DNA from: Proteromonas lacertae
Taxonomy: Eukaryota
Reading direction: 5' to 3'
Assembly: GCA_002245135.1 (NCBI GenBank)
Contig: NGBS01001210.1
Span: forward strand, 1 to 41,603
Length of the DNA: 41,603 nt
Shown here one piece after another: positions 36,895-41,603 of the stretch (its first letter is position 1; each line of letters starts with the position of its first letter). The notes beneath the pieces are model-generated. The model was given only the letters and a program-made list of their open reading frames with translations. It was not told where the DNA came from and ran no database searches. Both the position numbers and the translations under genes were made by a program.

Positions 36895-38535
36895 TTATAA
36901 TTTGTTTAGTAATTCATAAGATTTCATTATACATTCTTCTAAATCATCAATAACTATATTCTCCTTTTTATCTATTTCTTTTTCTCTTTCATCTCTATTT
37001 GTTTTTATAAATATATTTATATTATTATATATACAATTTATAACTTGAATAATACTTTGGTGGTGTTAAAAATGATTCTATTTCATTCATTTCTTCACAT
37101 TCACCTTCATCTTCTATTATTGGTGTTTTATTCTCATTTGTCTTTATATTTATCTTACTCAATTCTTTCATCATTTCTTGAGAGGATTTATCTTTATAAG
37201 AAACATAATATTGTGGTTTTAACATCTCAGAATTATCAATTGATTCATTCTGTAATTCATTTGGAGAGATTATTTTGTGATTGTTTAAAATGTTGTTATT
37301 CTCTATTCTCCTTTTATTTTCTTTATCCAAATCTTTTGAACTGAATTTACATTCATTATTGAAATAACTTGGCCTTTGATAATAAGATTTATCTAATTAT
37401 ACAAATATTATAACAATTATACGATGATATGAACATGATGTTATTCTTTTCTAATAAATAATAAATGATAAAAAATATATATACTGGTTTGGGTGAGATA
37501 TATGTTTTTATTACACTTTCATCATCTCCTTCATTTTCTTCTTCAAAATGCAATGTATCAATATAATTAGAATTTGTATTTGGAATTTGAATATTGTCAC
37601 AAATCATTTCAGAATTAAATAATTGAATATAACATCTCTTTATTGAATTTATCATTGCATTTAATCGATTCTTTGGATTTTCATATTCATATTTATTCTT
37701 ATAAATTCCTCGACCAAATATTATCAATGATAGATGTATTAGAATATTCACAAAATTATTAAATGAAATTGATAATGATGGTATTTTAGGCTTTTTCAGA
37801 TAATGAGGTGTTGAATAATCTATTCTATTCATTATTATTATTATTATTATTATACAATTCATTCATTATTTTTACTTTATTAATATCTGTATTATTTACA
37901 TTATATTCTATTATCTTTATTAATTCTTTATTTCTTATATGCAATGGATAAATTTCACTTTTATTCAGAATATCTTCAAATTGATGTATTGTTAATTCAA
38001 AATTGGCTTTCATATTGTTTTTCTATTTGATATACCATTCTAATTATATTCATACTGTGTAATATTTATATATTCTTCTTAAACCAGATTTATATCTTTC
38101 CATTTCAGGTTTTAATACACTAATCATTTCACAAGAATTTTGGAAGAGATTTAATGAGTTTAATAATGGTGATAATGAAGATTCTATAAAGCGAGAATAT
38201 GGTTGAATATCATGTTTGTATTTCATTCTTGCTAGTTCTTCGATTGATTCATAAAAGCCACTGTAAGGAATTGATCTATGATTATTGCCTTCTAGAGCAT
38301 ATTTTGAGGATTTTTCAAGGAATATATTTTCTATTACTTCTGAATTCATGAATCCACAGTCTTGAGCAAATCTGTCAAAGTCTTTCCAGTACATTACACG
38401 CAGATTATCTTCTCTTCTCTCTTTAGCATAATAATTAAACAATTCAAATGATATTTTAACCAAAGAATTGAATTTATTCATTTTAAATTTAAAAATATTC
38501 AAACAAGAATCAAGCGTATTTTCATTATTTCTCAT
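36895..38535 (-). CDS. Multi-exon hypothetical protein with p25-alpha/EF-hand-like repeats (right copy)
   Basis: ORFs 38050..38535, 37825..38013, 37389..37862 and 37025..37330 are joined by short introns. Confidence 0.55.
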
Positions 38536-38607
38536 TTATTCGTGATGTAATAGTTTATCACTAAAACAAAAACTCTATACATTATTAATATATACCATTA
38601 ATCCATA

Positions 38608-40012
38608 TTAGTAGATTAAATTTACATTTGGATAAGAATCATGAAATTGTTTAATTATATCCTCTGAAATACTATTATCCTTTATATTAAGATCTTTTAC
38701 ATTAGACAACTCACTCAAATGTAAGCACAATTCAGTCAAACCTGATTCCGTCAATCCACAACTCTCAATTTCAACATTTTCTAACATTTTGAGATTACTA
38801 AAAGAATTAATCAAATATCCTAATCCTTCATCATTAAATGGATTAAAACACAATTGTAAATGTTTAAGATTTATTAGAGTTGATAAATTTTCACTCAATT
38901 TTTCAATCCCTTTCTCCGGAATAGTGTTGTGGTTTAAATTCAAAGTTTCTATCATTGGCATGTGTAATAATACATTACATAAATATGGAATACCTATAAT
39001 ACACATTTGTACATCTAATATTAATATATAAATATTATATATATATATACTTTTCAATTTGAATGTCTTTAGACATGGAAAGGAAAATAATTGTGAACTT
39101 AAATAACACATTCCTCCAGTAAAGAATGATAAATCTAACATAATTATTATATATATATATAAATATACTAGACATATTTAATTCTTCTAAATTATAATAT
39201 TCTTGTAATGGGCTTAAGCTATTACTATCATCAACTTCTGGATTTTCACTAAAATTTAAATACTCAATCTTATATGGATATAAAACCGAAGATAATAACA
39301 TATTTAATGAATATGAAAACAAATTTGTATCTTTTAAATTAAAGTATTTTAAAAATGTAAAAGTCTTCAAACTTAATGACAAATCAATAATATCTTCATT
39401 ATTAAAATGATTTCCAGAAAAATTAAGCGCAGTAATAAAACGAAAACTATCAAAATAAGTTGAGAAATTTGAGATTATTCCACTTGAAAAATTATTTTCT
39501 ATTTTTTATAAAACAATATATATAAGATACTTTCAAATGAAATTTCATAACCATCATTAATACCATTTATAAATGTATTTGTTGTAGGTCTTAGCTTCAA
39601 ATATGACTGGATTCTTGCTTTGTATTTCGGTTCTTCAAAACACATTAATATTGGTAATATAGAATCTGTCAAATTCTTATCTTTATTACATTCATATAAA
39701 ACTCTAATAAATAATTTATAATTTCTAGTAATATGCCTTATTAACACTCTATTTTTGATTTGAATATTATTCTTTATTAACGATAATGGATAATAAGCAT
39801 CAGCTAATAATGAAGCTAATATTACATCTGTAAATTCTAATGATTGTTTAAATATTTCTTCATTCATTTCTTTTTCTTCTTTTTCTCGACTTCCATCTAT
39901 TGATGATTGACATAGTGAAGCAAATAAATTACAACAAATTATTGTACAATTTGAGAAAGATGCTTTTGAAGCTGATTTATGTTTATACCTGTATTTACTC
40001 ATATACATTGTA

Positions 40013-40050
<38 letters not shown>

Positions 40051-40946
40051 CAATATAATATACATTTCAATTCAATTAGTAATTCATTTGCTAATAACCG
40101 TGATTTTTGTGTTTTTCTTAACAACTTTGATAATAAATTATTGATTGAACAATGCTTTATTTTATTATATTTTCCAATATGTATTTTTTCTAATAAATCT
40201 TTTGCATTAGCTGCATGGAATGGAGGAACTCCTCCACTAAAAATATAATATAATAAACAACCGACACTCCATATATCAGTTGATTCATCAAACTCTTTTT
40301 CTCTTAATATTTCTGGACTTTGGTAATTATTGAAATGTTTAATAAGTAAATAAGGTAATAAGCCATACCCTGTAACTAAAACTAAGTTATCATCCATAAA
40401 ATTATCACATCTTAAGATTGAGGATGGTGATATATTACCATGAATTATTCTATTATCTGCAAATGCAGTTAATGTTGTTACAATCTGGATAGATAATTTA
40501 TAACGGTAAGAATCTTCAATTTCCATCAGTTTCAGTGTAGCTATTGACCCCTGTGTTACATACGGTGAAAATAGAAGTAATGCATTATATTTATCAAAGT
40601 AGAATGGGTATATTTCACAGATGTGAGGAAATTGTCTACAAGTAGCAGTAAGATCAATCTATTCATCATATAATTATATTTTTATATATATCTTATACAT
40701 AATGACATATGGTAGATGTTTTTAAGTGGTTGGTAGAAATGTGAGTAATGGTTTGAAGTAGCGATGTCTCAGTGTTTCTAACTAAATATAAAGTAGAGTT
40801 GTCCTTTTTTCCAAGTGAAGAAATAATCTAAAATACAGTAAAAAATTTAATACCTTATAACCAAGATTCTTTTCAAATGTTTCCTATAGATATGATAATC
40901 AATATATTATTTATACAAATGTAAACTTAGTGGGAATATCAGTCAT
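38608..40946 (-). CDS. Pseudokinase fused to RI-like leucine-rich repeats
   Basis: MTDIPTKF start; IIHGNISPSS, VTGYG, YQSPEIL and TDIWSVGC, then a helical linker and LRRs (IETLNLNHNTIPEKG, LKHLQLCFNPFNDEG). Confidence 0.75.
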
Positions 40947-41091
40947 CTCTTTTCAAAAAGAAAAACACAGAATGGGTGTCCCAAAATGTTTTGGGACTAG
41001 TAATAAAACCCCTAAAAAGACAAAATACAACAGAGTGTATTAACAAAAAAATACAATTAAATCCAACATTTGTTATATTGTAAATTGAAAA

Positions 41092-41603
41092 ATGACAACT
41101 TCATCTAACGAAATTCAATTGCAATTGAAACAACCATTAGTAGAAGAAAAGTGCAAACAAATATCACCTGACGAAATTCCAACTCAAACTGAACAAGATG
41201 CAGCAAATCTTGCTAATATGTATTTTTTATATTTTATTTTATTTAATGAATAGTCAAAGAGTTAGAAAATCACAAAAGAAGTTTATGTTGGTAATTACTT
41301 TGAATATAATTTACATAATTGCTCAAATCATTGGAGGTCTTTTATCCAACAGTTATGTATGTTATTATTATTTTATATTTTTTATTTTATAGGCAATTGT
41401 GGTGATGCAGCTCATGAATTTACTGATTTAACAGGTTATGTGATTTCTCTTATATCATTATGTGTTAGTTTAAGACCAGCCAATAAGAAATATACCTTTG
41501 GATTCTATCGATTCGAAGTACTTGGTTCAATATTAGCTGTATTAGTGATGTGGGTATTTGTTGTTGTTTTAATCTATGAAGCAATTGAAAGATTCCGAGA
41601 TCT
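41092..41603 (+). CDS. Cation diffusion facilitator (SLC30/ZnT-type) zinc transporter, 5' part
   Basis: AQIIGGLLSNSY/AIVGDAAHEFTD (HxxxD), YTFGFYRFEVLGS and LIYEAIERF; runs off the window end. Confidence 0.9.

Larger units (their letters stand above)
27442..38645 (-). repeat. Right arm of large inverted segmental duplication
   Basis: Reverse complement of 1..11212 with scattered SNPs and indels. Confidence 0.97.

Noticed and set aside
1..38645. Giant mobile element or virus with 11-kb TIRs
   Set aside because: The arms consist of ordinary intron-rich host genes and the inner breakpoint cuts a host gene; no replication or packaging genes.

Overview
Very AT-rich eukaryotic (protist) genomic DNA with dense genes and many very short (about 25-35 nt) GT-AG introns, an architecture reminiscent of Blastocystis-type stramenopiles (host identity is inference). 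The window is organised as a large inverted segmental duplication: 1..11212 is the reverse complement of 27442..38645, and the left arm is cut by the window edge. Each arm carries eight genes, including an Arp10-like actin-related protein, a BTB-BACK protein, a GSK3-like kinase and a fucosyltransferase-like gene. The unique 16-kb spacer holds a pseudokinase-LRR gene, ubiquitin E1 (UBA1), a tandem paralog pair and a transposon-rich block. The centrepiece is a 5.3-kb TGT...ACA DNA transposon (15177..20496; 48-bp TIRs; 5-bp TSD GATAC). It encodes a spliced Gypsy-like H2C2/D,D35E integrase joined to tandem Ulp1-like protease domains, with possible decayed SET-like exons upstream (Ginger/TDD-type). 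It is inserted into a G-alpha-like pseudogene and itself contains a 639-bp fold-back MITE (279-bp TIRs, TSD TATAT) and the terminus of a related element. The window ends with a second pseudokinase-LRR gene and the start of a CDF zinc transporter. Spans of spliced genes and domain calls were made by eye and need HMM and RNA-seq confirmation.
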